Of a stretch of DNA of 64,000 bases, positions 25,370 through 37,409 are shown in pieces. This DNA comes from Macrostomum lignano (lineage: Eukaryota): contig NIVC01001364.1 of NCBI GenBank assembly GCA_002269645.1, forward strand, positions 1 through 64,000, given 5' to 3'. The position numbers and the translations under genes are program-made. The notes beneath the pieces are model-generated. The model saw only the letters and a program-made list of their open reading frames with translations. It had not been told where the DNA came from and did no database searches. Positions within the stretch are counted from its first letter, which is position 1. Each line of letters starts with the position of its first letter.

Positions 25370-26859
25370 TACAAGGGTCACTCAGAAAGTTCTTAGCCTA
25401 AACAAGAAAACCGCAACAAATGAACTAAAAAATGACTATAAGTGCTCAAAATACTCTCCACTAGCATTGATATAGGCTTGCATCCTGTGAAACTAGCTGT
25501 AAAAGCACTGCCACTATCTTCATCCCAGAGCTCCTCAATGATGTTTTTGAACTCATTTACAGCTTTTTCTAGTAAAGAAAAAACCTGATGCTTCAAAATC
25601 TCCTTGCACTTTGGAAACAGAAAAAAGTTGCATATCTAGATAGTGCTAAGTCTGGACTATATGCAGGGTGAGTCATCAGCTAGGCCCCACAGTCAGCCAG
25701 AAACTCAAGAGTCTGAGCCGCTGTGTGTGCTCTAGTGTTGTCATGGTGCAGAAGCACCCCATACATTCCATACCTTGGGCACCTCTGGCTCACAGCAAAA
25801 AAGACTTTGGGCAGGCAAACCATTGTATACCAATCAGCGGTGACTGTGGCAATCTTCAAGTAAAACAGAAGCCACATTCCCAGTGTGTATGAAGAAACAG
25901 GCCACCATCTGCTTGCCAACACTCCGGCTGCATCAAAACTTGGTGGGGCTGTCCTTGTCTCCAAAGGTCTACATTGCTGACTAGCGCTTGCTTTCGGGTC
26001 ATATTGATAAATCCAGGTCTTATCGCCTGTAGAGATGTTCCAGATATGCCAGCTGGTCCCAGATTCAAATTTCTACAGCATGAATTGGCACCATGCCACC
26101 AAGCCACCCTGGTGTCCTTTTGCATGTCAGACTGCGTATGGGGGATCCACTGGGAAGCCAGCTTCCATACAGATGTAGTACTAATTAGATGACGAGGAAT
26201 TTAGCCCTTATAAGAGAGTCATAGTTACTCCGGCTGTTTACCCAAAATTGCATTAATGTTGCTCTAGGGTTTCTTTCACAGGTAAGTCGCATTTTTGGTC
26301 AAAAAGTAAGTCGCATGGCCAGTGTAAATCAGGGGGGTTGCGCATGTATGGTTTGTACAGAATGGCGTGCACACTCCCCAATCCAATACCAATCTCCTGC
26401 TAGATCTGCTGGTAGGTCACTCGCCAAGCAGCAGCAATCATGCTGGACACAGTGCAGATATTTTCTAGAGTCACTGCGTCACAAGGTCTCCCGGATCGAT
26501 GTTCATCTTTGAGGCTTTCTCGACCTTGGCAAAACTCAGCGAACCAGTTTTTGATGGTTGTATATGAAGGACATGGATAGGTGAAAACATTCTGTAAAGT
26601 TTGATATGAATTGGCTGGCGACTTGACTTGCTTGAAGTGCAAGTACATCATTGCTCTGAAGTCACAATTTTCCAGCTTCATTGTTGAATTGAAGGGGGTG
26701 AACTGACTTTAACTCGCTGCAGTGGACTCAAAAGTGGCTGCTTCTATTTAAAATTTTGTTGCAATACTTTTTAAAGTTGGTCTTCACCATAGACAAATTT
26801 CATGCTTCTATGTCTCGTGGATCCTACTTAGGCTAAAGACTTTCTAAGTGACCCTCATA
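25370..26859 (-). mobile_element. Full-length decayed mariner (DD34D) transposon
   Basis: TIRs TACAAGGGTCACTCAGAAAGTTCTTAGCCTAA / TATGAGGGTCACTTAGAAAGTCTTTAGCCTAA with TA on both sides. Transposase remnants 26681 to 25436: HTH with DEHRSGRP, WIPH, TGDKTW, LLHHDN, HPAYSPDLA, RMQAYINASGEYFEH. About 1.3 kb after removing the insert. Confidence 0.92.
26165..26337. mobile_element. 173-bp insertion into the mariner transposase
   Basis: Splits ATG CGC AAG CTG (MRKL, just before the WIPH motif), with TT on both flanks; shares TAGATGACGAGG...GTCATAGTTACTCC...GTAAGTYGCATTTTTGGYCAAAAA with 23126-23170 plus 24249-24272. Confidence 0.7.
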
Positions 26860-27333
26860 TATTTGATTAATAATCCTAGCCTTAATTTGTGCCATAGTCT
26901 TGAAGATTTTCTATGCATACCACAATACTTTTTGACTCTGCATGTAGCATGCCGAAATTATTTAGAAATCTCATGTGAACTACATGCCACGTGCCGAGGG
27001 CCTCATCTGCATTGGGCACCGCATGTGAAGCGTTGACCAGGGGGGGGGGCAAAGTTGAAAGCAAAAATGCACTCATATTTTAAAGAGCACTTTGCTTACA
27101 TAAAAGCAGTGAAGCCTGTTTAAACAAATTAAATTCTTTTTCATAGATTGAATTACTTTTTTCTGTCTTTTTGTACAAAGTTGCAAAAAGTATTATATTA
27201 CAATGATTTTAAAAAAAAATTATAACAAATATTGAAAAAGATTTTAATTAAGACATTACTGTTTACAAATTTCCATGGTCTAGCCAAATCCAAACCTCTG
27301 TTAGAGTCCATCTATAGCTATAGTTATAGGAAT

Positions 27334-28046
27334 ATATACCTTTTTACGTTCTGTTTGATGAAAGCTGCAACCAATTTGGCCACGGCTCAGCCTGACCATA
27401 GACATAGAATTTTCCATAGACAGCCACCGCTAGCGGCAACCAATTTGGTGAAAACTGCGAGCTGTTTTGCCGGCTTGAAGATAGCAGCTGCTCTGATGGC
27501 GAATCGTGGGCCGTACCAAAAGATAAGTCAGCTGGATCGAGAGCGAATCGTGAGAGCGTACAGGAGTGGCGACGACTGGGGAGAGCTTGGCAGAATGATG
27601 GGGATAAAGAAACCGACAGTGAGGAACATCGTGACCACGTATGAACGAACTGGTAGAGTTGGCACTCTGCCAAAAGGAGGAGTGAAGAGGATGGCGCTGA
27701 CGGAGGCTATGGTGGACACCATTGTTCAATTCGTCGAAGGTCAACCTACTGCCTCTCACGCCTCTCAAGTGCCTGCGCTGGATCAACCATTCCCAGACGT
27801 ACTTCAATCGGTGCTTGAATGCTGAGGACATAATGTTCTGACTTCGTGCATGTATTGTTAACATTCTTTATCGTTATTGTTATGCTATTGAGCTGCTATC
27901 TTCAAGCTGGCAAAATAGCTCGCAGTTTTTACCAAATTGGTTGCCGCTAGCGGTGGCTGTCTATGGAAAATTGCTGCGGCTGCGTCAGGCTGAGCCGTGG
28001 CCAAATTGGTTGCAGTTTTTATCAAATAGAACGTAAAAAGGTATAT
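27334..28046 (+). mobile_element. Internally deleted Tc1/IS630-like DNA transposon with ~155-bp TIRs
   Basis: 27334-27489 is the inverse of 27891-28046. ORF from 27496 (MANRGPYQKISQLDRERIV...GTLPKGG) is an HTH region, joined out of frame to the C-terminal CLRWINHSQTYFNRCLNAEDIMF* (27770-27841); no DDE core. Confidence 0.88.
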
Positions 28047-28367
28047 TATTTCCTAGATAGAACAATAAAAATTAATAATGCCTCTGTCAAAGCTTTTATA
28101 AGGGGAACTCTCGAGTCCCTAGGGTTGAAGACTTAAGCAAAAGATTTGTGACTCTGCATACACATTGTGTGGATACTGGATAGAGTGGTAGGTGCTAAAG
28201 TTAAGATAAATGTTTTTATTTTCAATGTAACCCTTTAGTCTTATATCCCTGGGGTTGGGGACTTAAGCAATCGAAATTTTCAATGTTATGTGTACATTGT
28301 GGTTTGGGTGATAGGGGTAAAGTTTAATATAGTCCTAGCCAGAAGTTACAAGAAATTAATTAGCTAT

Positions 28368-29416
28368 TGTAGTGATCCACTAGTTGGTGTTAGGCGTCGC
28401 ACTTTGTCAGCAGTCGCCCTTGCCTTCGCCCTCGCCCTGGGTTGCTGTCTGCCGCTGGTCAGCTTCCCGCCTCCCTCCTTTTGTCTGTCTGTTGCTGCTC
28501 CCTTCCCTCGTTTTGCCCGTTTTGCCCCTTCGTTTCTCAGCCCTCAGCTTCTCTGCTGTGGGCTGTCGCTGTTTCGTCAGTCTTGGTTTCCCTGCCATGC
28601 GAGCTAGTCACATGACAGATCTCTCGTTCTTTGAGTCCTAAAGTGCAGTAAACAAGTTTACTGCACTCGCTGGTCCTGTTTACTGGGAGAGTCACGTGCT
28701 TTCGGTCCCCTCCCTTCTCTAAGGAGAGAAGTGATTCATGTTGCTAAAAATAGCAACTGAGTCACAGCCGCGTGTACTTCTGCCCGGAGACCCCAAGTGA
28801 CGTCAGTTCTAAAAATAGAACGAGTCACGAGGTCTTGAGCGCATTGGGACTGTGCCCGGAGGCCATGAGTGACGTCAGTTCTAAAAATAGAACGAGTCAC
28901 GAGATCTTGTGCAATGGGACAGAGGTGAATCCCGCGCTATAAATAAGGACCCCTCTCCCCCTTGTTTCCGTCAAGGAGTTTTCAGTCATCAGTATTTGTA
29001 GCCGAGTGCCTGAGATTCTGACTATTCGTCTTCGGAATCTTCTTCTTGTCTAGTTTTCCAGACTTCGTTCAGTTGCCCATTTAAGCTATCACCAATTGAC
29101 CTGACTAAAACTTAGACGCCCAAGCCTAAGGGAGGCTAACACTGCCTTCCCAGCCACCCCTGAGCCCGGCGAGGATCTGCTGATCAGGACGCCTTGTTCA
29201 TTAATCTGCAAATCTGCACGCTGTGCTGAGTTCGTTGACTTGTTTATTTTCGTTCCGACGGGAAGCTCACTTCACCGAAGGCCGAGACCTGAAGGAACTG
29301 GTGGCAGCACTACCTACGCTACTGAGAGAGTTAAGAAGGCTTCCGAGTGAGAAGACGGAGAGCCCAAATCACTGAGCGGGACAGCGTGACAACCCCGAGA
29401 CACCACAAGTACTTCA
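28368..29416 (+). mobile_element. Solo LTR of the Gypsy family present at 37410, with 4-bp TSD CTAT
   Basis: TG...CA ends; CTAT at 28364-28367 and 29417-29420; U3/R homologous to 37410-38000; TATA at 28938. Confidence 0.85.
28607..28945 (+). promoter_or_regulatory. LTR enhancer/promoter motif cassette
   Basis: GTCACATGAC 28607, GTAAACA palindrome 28642, GTCACGTG 28691, CTAAAAATAG at 28744/28809/28881, TGAGTCA 28758, TGACGTCA 28798/28870, TATAAATA 28938. Confidence 0.65.
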
Positions 29417-29994
29417 CTATGTATATAGATAGGCTACACAGGAAATAAATATGATATGACTACGGATATAGAAAGTTATGATTATGGCAGGACTCTAAGA
29501 GATATGCCATGGCCCCCATATGCCAGAAACCTAGGTTTTGAATATATAATCTGTTCTGTTGATTTCTCTGTTGTCATAGCAACATAGCTGTACTAATAAG
29601 AAAAAAATTCCAAAAATATGGTAAGGCCTCTATTTAACCATCTACTATTTTTTATCTCCTTTTTTAGACATTTCGGCCACTGTTTGAGAAGGTAAATTAT
29701 TATTTTTTAATGGCCGTACAGCTTACTTTTGTTATAGAATGTGATATAATAGACTGTGTAAAGTCTGGGACTTGTGACGTTTAAGGCTTCTTCTGTGAAG
29801 GCTTGTGTGAGGTTTGGGGCCTGTGTGATGTCTGAATTTGTGTGAACTTTCGGACTTATGAAGTTGCGAGCTTGTTTAATGCTGTCTGTCCTTCCGTGAC
29901 CCCAACCCCCAGCCATTGCTGATTGAAGACAAGAAGCCATCACTCCATTGTGCACCACACCAATAACGCGTATTTCCAAATTAATCTCCCATAG

Positions 29995-30428
29995 TACGAA
30001 GCCGACCCAGGCAATAGCGAAGGCGTGCCATTGCAGCAGCTGTCCCAGCAGTTGCAGCAGTCCAGCACTTTGCCACGCATGCGAATCAACGCCATGCTGC
30101 GCACAGCCGACGCCGATAGGAACAATCGGATCACCTACGAGGAGTTCGTCGTGGAGATGACCAGAACCGACGATGCCACCAGACAGAGAATGGGCGTCGG
30201 CAGGCGGATGTTCAATCGGGCGGTGATGTCCGCGGTGCCGGGCCTCCGGCCCCGGGTGGTGGTCACCGCCGACGCGCCCGACTTTATGACTTGGACAGAC
30301 GAAGGCGATCTGGAATCTTTTGTTGACGCCTACGATTGTAAACCGCCGCCAATATTTATACCGCTGGTGACGCTGGTTGAGATTGGAGTGTTTCTGTACT
30401 ATGCTTTGCATCCGGACTACAAGGACAT
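29995..30428 (+). CDS. RHBDL3: EF-hand rhomboid protease (RHBDL1/3, rhomboid-4 type), N-terminal exon
   Basis: catag|TAC acceptor; EF-hand loop DADRNNRITYEEF and YDCKPPPIFIPLVTLVEIGVFLYY (TM1); donor AT|GTGAGG. Confidence 0.85.
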
Positions 30429-30505
30429 GTGAGGCCTATTGGCGTCGGAGTTAGTGATAGAATAGAATAACTGATAGAATCTCAGATATAATGCTCATCA
30501 TTTTT

Positions 30506-31150
30506 CATAGGCGTAGGAACGGGAGGGGACACGGCCATGGCCCCCCACTTTTTAAATGCCAAATGTTGACTTTTTGCTTATTTTTTACTCCTATTTCTGG
30601 TTTTTGCTGCTTTGCATGAATGCATTTTGCTGCAGGACTACAAAACATAGCGCCAAAATGAGTGCCTGCGGCGCCAAAATGAGTGCCTGCAGCGCCAAAA
30701 TCAGTGCCTGCGGCGCCAACATGAGTGCCTGCGGCGCCAACATGAGTGCCTGCAGCGCCAACATGAGTGCCTGCGGCGCCAACATGAGTGCCTGCGGCGC
30801 CAAAATGAGTGTCTGTGGCGCCAAAATGAGCGCCTGCGCCGCCGAAATGAGTGCCTGCGCCGCCAAAATGAGCGCCTGCGCCGCCAAAATGAGTGCCTGT
30901 GGCGCCAAAATGAGTGCCTGCGGCGCCAAAATGAGTGCCTGCGGCGCCAAAATGAGTGCCTGCGCCGCCAAAATGAGTGCTGACAACACCAATTCTGAAA
31001 ATAATCGGTACATGATAATGTGCATTTCCCATATAAAAAATAATAATAAATCTTACTCGACGGGGGGCGTGCGCCTTGTGCGCCCCCCCCCCTAAATCCG
31101 CCACTGAACCCGCCCCCCCCCCCACTTTTTGAAACGTTCCTACGCCTTTG
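30506..31150. mobile_element. Non-autonomous hAT-like MITE carrying a 21-bp minisatellite
   Basis: TIR CA(T/A)AGGCGTAGGAACG at both ends; 8-bp TSD TCATTTTT / CCATTTTT (7 of 8 match). Confidence 0.75.
30650..30980. repeat. 21-bp minisatellite (GCGCCAAAATGAGTGCCTGCG) inside the MITE
   Basis: About 15 tandem units. Confidence 0.92.
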
Positions 31151-31162
31151 CCATTTTTAAAG

Positions 31163-31307
31163 GTATCCAGTCACTGCCTCGTCCGGCTGCCCAATGGACT
31201 CGCCGCTAATTTACCATCCGCACCGGCGCTGGGAGGCGTGGCGTTTTGTCAGCTACATGCTGCTGCACAATGGCTACATTCACTTGATCTTTAACTGCTT
31301 CTTCCAG
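31163..31307 (+). CDS. RHBDL3: Rhomboid exon (WR motif)
   Basis: tttaaag|G acceptor, phase 2; YPVTASSGCPMDSPLIYHPHRRWEAWRFVSYMLLHNGYIHLIFNCFFQ; donor GTAAGC. Confidence 0.9.
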
Positions 31308-31385
31308 GTAAGCATTGAAATCTGAGCTTTGATAATTTCTGGCCAACCGTAAAACTAACATAAACATCTTTGTCTCCACTTTCAG

Positions 31386-31752
31386 CTCGTCCTCGGCACT
31401 CTGCTAGAGCTGGTGCACAAGTTCTGGCGCGTCGGATTGGTGTACCTGCTAGGAGTTATCGCCGGCTCATTAGCCAGTTCGTGCTTCGATTCGCGAACCT
31501 ACCTGGCTGGCGCATCGGGCGGTTGCTACGCTTTGATTGGCGCCCATTTTGCCAACGTGATGATGAACTGGGAGGAGATGCAGTTTGATTGGCTGAAGAG
31601 TCCCATTAGTTTTATTGGCAGCGGTGTGGTCAGGCTGTCCATCCTGCTGCTGTTGGCTGGCGGGGATACCGGATTGGCCGTGTACAGTCGGTACACCTCT
31701 GAGAAAGATTCTAGGACCAGCTTTGCTGCCCACGGCGGCGGCTTTCTGGCTG
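31386..31752 (+). CDS. RHBDL3: Rhomboid catalytic exon
   Basis: LVLGTLLELVHKFWRV...GASGG (catalytic Ser)...SFAAHGGGFLAG (catalytic His); ttcag acceptor, G|GTGAGG donor. Confidence 0.93.
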
Positions 31753-31794
31753 GTGAGGATCTCGCTTTATCTAATGATTTATGAGTATGAGGCG

Positions 31795-32205
31795 GCTCAA
31801 GATGTCCCATGCTCAAGACTTCATAGGCTCAACCTGTCCCATGCTCAAGACTTCATAGGCTCAACCTGTCCCATGCTCAAGACTTCATAGGCTCAACCTG
31901 TCCCATGCTCAAGACTTCATAAGCTCAACCTGTCCCATCCCATGCTTAAATCTTCATAAGCACAACCTGTCACATGCTCAAACCTTCATAAGCTCAACCT
32001 GTCACATGCTCAAACCTTCATAAGGTTAACCTGTCACATGCTCAAATCTTCATAAGCTCAACCTGTCACATGCTCAAACCTTCATAGGCTCAACCTGTCG
32101 CATGCTCAAACCTTCATAAGCTCAACCTGTCACATGCTCAAACCTTCATAGACTCAGCCTGTCACATGCTCAAATCTTCATAAGGTTAACCTGTCCCATG
32201 CTCAA
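31795..32205. repeat. 32-bp minisatellite (CTCAACCTGTCMCATGCTCAARMCTTCATARG) in rhomboid intron
   Basis: About 12 units. Confidence 0.9.
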
Positions 32206-32789
32206 GTTTTCGGAAGTTCAAATAGACAGTAGAGGCCTATTCATTTATTAAATCGGATTGTATGTTGAAAGCTTCTTATGCCAGCATTGCGAGCGTAGTA
32301 GCATTTATTGCCCAGCTTGATAGTGAGCGGTGGCCAAGTTCTCGTAGATTCGCAAGCCAGTTTGACTCGGCTGTCTGCGATTTAGGCGCAGGGCTCTTAG
32401 AGATAAGCGCTGAATGTCAAGCAAAGTGGACTGTTTATAGGCATATCTAGGTTTCCCCTCTTACTATTGGGTATCGCGTAAGCAAGTATTTTATCTGACT
32501 CGAACTGTGCATATGCCGCGGCAGCTTAGGTGTCATGCAAGCATGCAAGCTCTAGGCAGCAATATAGCTACATAGAGAAAATGGTACAACTGTGCTTCTC
32601 CGTAGCTATTTATAAAGGCTTTGGTGGTGGTTCTGAATCTCGGCACACGAATTTGCATCAACCGCAGAGAGAACGAAATCTGAGCGAATGCCGGTCAGAG
32701 CGTGGGAAATGCCCTGTTGTGATAAAAACTCGTCTTTTCTATTAGTTCCTTCTTATACAATAATCCTACGCTGTGCGGCAATCTAGAGA

Positions 32790-33422
32790 TTTCTAGCCGA
32801 ATATCCTTACGTCTAATTGGTAGATTTCTACTAGATATCCCGACGCCTAATTGGTAGATTTCTACTAGATATCCCGACGCCTAATTGGTAGATTACTACT
32901 GGATATCTAGGCGCCTAATTGGTAGATTTCTACTAGATATCCCGGCGCCTAATTGGTAGATTTCTACTAGATATCCGGACGCCTAATTGGTAGATTTCTA
33001 CTAGATATCCAGACGCCTAATTGAAAGATTTCTACTAGATATCCCGACGCCTAATTGGTAGATTTCTACTAGATATCCCGACGCCTAATTGGAAGATTTC
33101 TACTAGATATCCAGACGCCTAATTGATAGATTTCTGCTAGATATCCCGACGCCTAATTGGAAGATTTCTACTAGATATCCAGACGCCTAATTGATAGATT
33201 TCTGCTAGATATCCGGACGCCTAATTGGTAGATTTCTGCTAGATATCCCGACGCCTAATTGGTAGATTACTACTGGATATCTAGGCGCCTAATTGGTAGA
33301 TTTCTGCTAGATATCCCGACGCCTAATTGGTAGATTACTACTGGATATCTAGGCGCCTAATTGGTAGATTTCTACTAGATATCCAGACGCCTAATTGGTA
33401 GATTTCTACTAGATATCCCGAT
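32790..33422. repeat. 34-bp minisatellite (CTAATTGGTAGATTTCTACTAGATATCCCGACGC) in rhomboid intron
   Basis: About 18 units. Confidence 0.93.
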
Positions 33423-33899
33423 GCGAGTTTGTTAAACAACCTTCTGTGTCGGCCTTTTTCGAATACAGATTATCATTACTTGCGTTTGACCTTGTACTTT
33501 CGACGCAGAATGAAACACGCTTGATTAAAAACTGCTACAGCTTCTAGTCCTTCCTTTTCCGACCGACCTTCTTCCTCTTTGCTTGCCAGTTGCTTTCCGC
33601 AGCCGGCTGAAAAATCCATAAATTGAATAATGACTTCTTCGGCTGGTCAGCCAGCCAAGTGTATGCGGTGTGTTGGAGAGCCCACCAGTTGGCCTGCAAT
33701 TTTACAATCCGAATCACTATGCATTACTCTTGAACGCAACTGTCGGCTGTTAGCTGCCCCTGTCCCTTACTGCTTATTGCATAAACCTCTTTTTGACTTG
33801 TTCAAAATTCTATATCTTACTACGTTAGTAGCATAAAGCGAAAACGAAATCATTTTCTGATAACACCACCCATTTTCTCTCCGCGCCCGTGAATGAAAG

Positions 33900-34120
33900 G
33901 CCTCCTGATTGGTGTGCCGCTGCTGCGCAATCTGGACGTTAAAAACTGGGAGAAGGTGCTCTATTGGATCTTTCTCATTCTATTCCTGCTGCTGATGGCC
34001 GGAGCCGTGCTATTCAACGTGTTCTGCGGCAACGAAGGCGTGGAGATGTGCTATGCCATGCCCAAGCCGACAGAGCCGCCCACAGATGGCAGCGTCTACC
34101 TGGTGAACCGAAACTTCTGA
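33900..34120 (+). CDS. RHBDL3: Rhomboid last exon
   Basis: aaag|GC acceptor, phase 1; GLLIGVPLLRNLDVKNWEKVLYWIFLILF...; TGA 34118-34120. Confidence 0.88.
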
Positions 34121-35512
34121 GTTTTACAGTGCAAGTAGATTTAATCGGTTTTTTTCTTCTCTGCTCTGTGTATTTTTCTTTTCTATTGCTTGCTCTGCTT
34201 TAGTTATAAAAAATATATTTAACATACAAGTATTTCTAGTTTTACACTTCAATTATTGTGCTTCACCGTGCAAAGTATTTTTCACCAGTTTACTTAATTG
34301 CTGTTAGTGTTGATTATTTGTGAAAATCACAAGTTCGCACGATTCAATTAGAAGCAATGTAATTTATATATACAATTATTATTTATATTCAGGTATTTTT
34401 AAAGACATACCTGCCACCGTGCCTAAACCAAACTTAGTTAATTATAAACTATAGTGTGCTTAATAAAAGATAAATTTTTGTTTGACAATCTTGGTTATCA
34501 ATTTGATGCGAACATTTGCAATAGCTAGAGTACACACGCGAGTGTTTTTTCTTGCTCACTTCTATTTTGGTCTTGGATATCCAAAATATATTTTTCTATT
34601 TCTAAGAGCCAAAGTTGTCAATTGTCTTAAAACAATTTTAAGATCTTTGTTATTTCTGCAATCCTTTTTACAGTGTTTTTCCTGCACATGCATGGTATTT
34701 TTCATTTGAGCATAGCTCTCTTAACTTGGGCTATATGCAATACAATAAGCGATCTGATTAGTCTACTCACCGAAACTGCTTTGCTTGCATCGATTATACA
34801 TATATTTACGAATCAAGATGGCTGCTTTTGATTCCAGCGCTGTTTGGTGTAGCTATTTGTTTAAAAATTATTATTGCCCAAAATAAACGCGCGCATTCAA
34901 GCTTCTATGAATTAGCTGCCTTTTTTAATTCTAGGAATATGGAAATTGGCATGCCGCAATCTACTGAGCCTTTGTCATTTTTAAATGTACGGTTTCAAAC
35001 TACCTCAGCCAAACAAGCTTTGTTGGTGAGGCCCTGAGAAAACCGATTCAAGGACCTTGGCAGCGATTCAACCTGTTGGTTTACACGTAGCAAAAATAGA
35101 AAATAGAAAAAAATGCCTCTAAAAATGTGATTGATAGAGACAATATAGTTTTCTGTTCTTGCCAAATGAAAAATCGCTCCGCAGACCCACTGCTGTTAGC
35201 ATTCTTGAGGTGAAGTTATCCTTGAAAAACCAAAGGCAAGAAGCGACAGACATTAAATATGATTTATTGCGCTAGTTAGCGCGTCTGCGCCCTTAACCGG
35301 AATGCAGAAATTGAGAAAAATATTACTTGTATCAGTAATATCAGTAGGATGTAGCTAGACGCGAAATTTTTATATACACCATTTTTACTGTTTTGTTACC
35401 ACAGGCAGGTAATTTGCAGCTATTAAATAGCTTCAGAAGTATATTTGAAGCACTCAATAGGAAACATTAAAATGCAGCTGGGAAAAAACAATTCGTTTAC
35501 AATTGAGTTGTT

Positions 35513-36208
35513 CCCACCGCCAAGCTACTTCACTGGCTAACCCCATCTCCAAGCTACTTCACTGGCTAACCCCACCTCCAAGCTACTTCACTGGCTAACC
35601 CCATCGCCAAGCTACTTCACTGGCTAACCCCATCTCCAAGCTACCTCACTGGCTAACCCCATCGCCAAGCTACTTCACTGGCTAACCCCATCTCCAAGCT
35701 ACTTCACTGGCTAACCCCACCTCCAAGCTACTTCACTGGCTAACCCCATCTCCAAGCTACTTCACTGGCTAACCCCACCTCCAAGCTACTTCACTGGCTA
35801 ACCCCATCTCCAAGCTACTTCACTGGCTAACCCCATCTCCAAGCTACTTCACTGGCTAACCCCACCTCCAAGCTACTTCACTGGCTAACCCCATCTCCAA
35901 GCTACTTCACTGGCTAACCCCACCTCCAAGCTACTTCACTGGCTAACCCCATCGCCAAGCTACTTCACTGGCTAACCCCATCTCCAAGCTACTTCACTGG
36001 CTAACCCCACCTCCAAGCTACTTCACTGGCTAACCCCATCTCCAAGCTACTTCACTGGCTAACCCCATCTCCAAGCTACTTCACTGGCTAACCCCATCTC
36101 CAAGCTACTTCACTGGCTAACCCCACCTCCAAGCTACTTCACTGGCTAACCCCATCTCCAAGCTACTTCACTGGCTAACCCCATCTCCAAGCTACTTCAC
36201 TGGCTAAC
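35513..36208. repeat. 29-bp minisatellite (CCAAGCTACTTCACTGGCTAACCCCATCT)
   Basis: About 24 units, ending ~70 bp downstream of the ZCCHC10 stop. Confidence 0.95.
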
Positions 36209-36280
36209 CGCACATCGAAGCTCTCGCTTAAAAAAGTGAAAAAACATAGGGAATAAAAGCAAGCATATTTTGAGCACAAA

Positions 36281-36470
36281 TCAATCCCGCCCAGATGATG
36301 AAGAGCGAGAGCCACCGCTGTTCCCATCTTGTTTTTGCTGCTTTCGCAGTTCGATCATTCGTTTCAACAGTTCAATCTTCTTCTGACGCGTCGCCTCGTC
36401 CTCGTTTGCGCCGTCGTCTGATTCGTCTTCATTGTCGCTTTCACTGCTGCTGCTGCTGCTGCTGCTGGAC

Positions 36471-36506
<36 letters not shown>

Positions 36507-36784
36507 GACTTAGCCTTGGCTTTAGTCTCCTTGCTTCCGCCGGCGCCGCCAGCGATAACAACGCGAGCTTGGCCAGTAGCGGACACGCGCAACCGCTTAT
36601 CCAAGTGCTTAGTGTGACTCTCCCGTTCCAGATACTTGCGCTTACCTGTGCACTGGTAGGTCCAATGGCCGCGCTGGTAGCATTTCTGACAGCGGGCGGA
36701 TTGGTTTTTCTCTTCGGCAGTCTGCCGGGTATAGAAGGCTGGCAGGCGGGGCCCGCCAGGCCGGCCTCTGATTGGGGCTGACAT
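36281..36784 (-). CDS. ZCCHC10: Zinc-knuckle protein ZCCHC10-like, intronless, poly-Ser tail
   Basis: [26 protein letters not shown] matches the ZCCHC10 knuckle ([22 protein letters not shown]), followed by a Ser/acidic tract. Confidence 0.88.
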
Positions 36785-37409
36785 TACTCTAATTGCTGGT
36801 CAGCTGGCAGACTGCACTGCAATGCAAGAATAAGTCAATCAAGATACTTACAAGAGAGTAGCCACTAAAGAGTAGCCAGAATGAGTTTGAAGGACTTGTG
36901 GCAAATCTAATAATATGCAATAGACAGCCCTGTGCTACTGAAATTTCTATTCTTCCTATTAGACATAAATATAATTATCTATGGTTATAAAAGCTATGAC
37001 TTTCTTTTTATTAAAAAACAACTAAGCTATTTTTATTTCCTATTTTTATCAATCTAAAACTTTTATAAAGGAACTTCAAGATATAAATGGTGCATTATCT
37101 CACTTTTTAGCATACAGAATAGTATTCTAGCTAGATGAAACAATTTTGTCATTTAAAAAGAACACAAAGAGGTAAAAACAGATAGGAAGACATTGCTTCT
37201 AGCTATCATTTTTCTAGCATTAATTATAAGTTTTTGGTCAAGCCTACCATCTTTCTCTATGATACATATTACCTAAGATCCTTGGCATATCATATAACCT
37301 TTTTTCTGACTAAGCAAAAGCCTGAAAGGTTAACCAAGCATATTTTATTTTATTCCAAAATTTTAGTCTATCTATGTATATACCATGTACTATTCAATAC
37401 TCAAATTCC

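Noticed and set aside
29707-30411. 234-aa minus-strand ORF
   Set aside because: Antisense shadow of the rhomboid exon.
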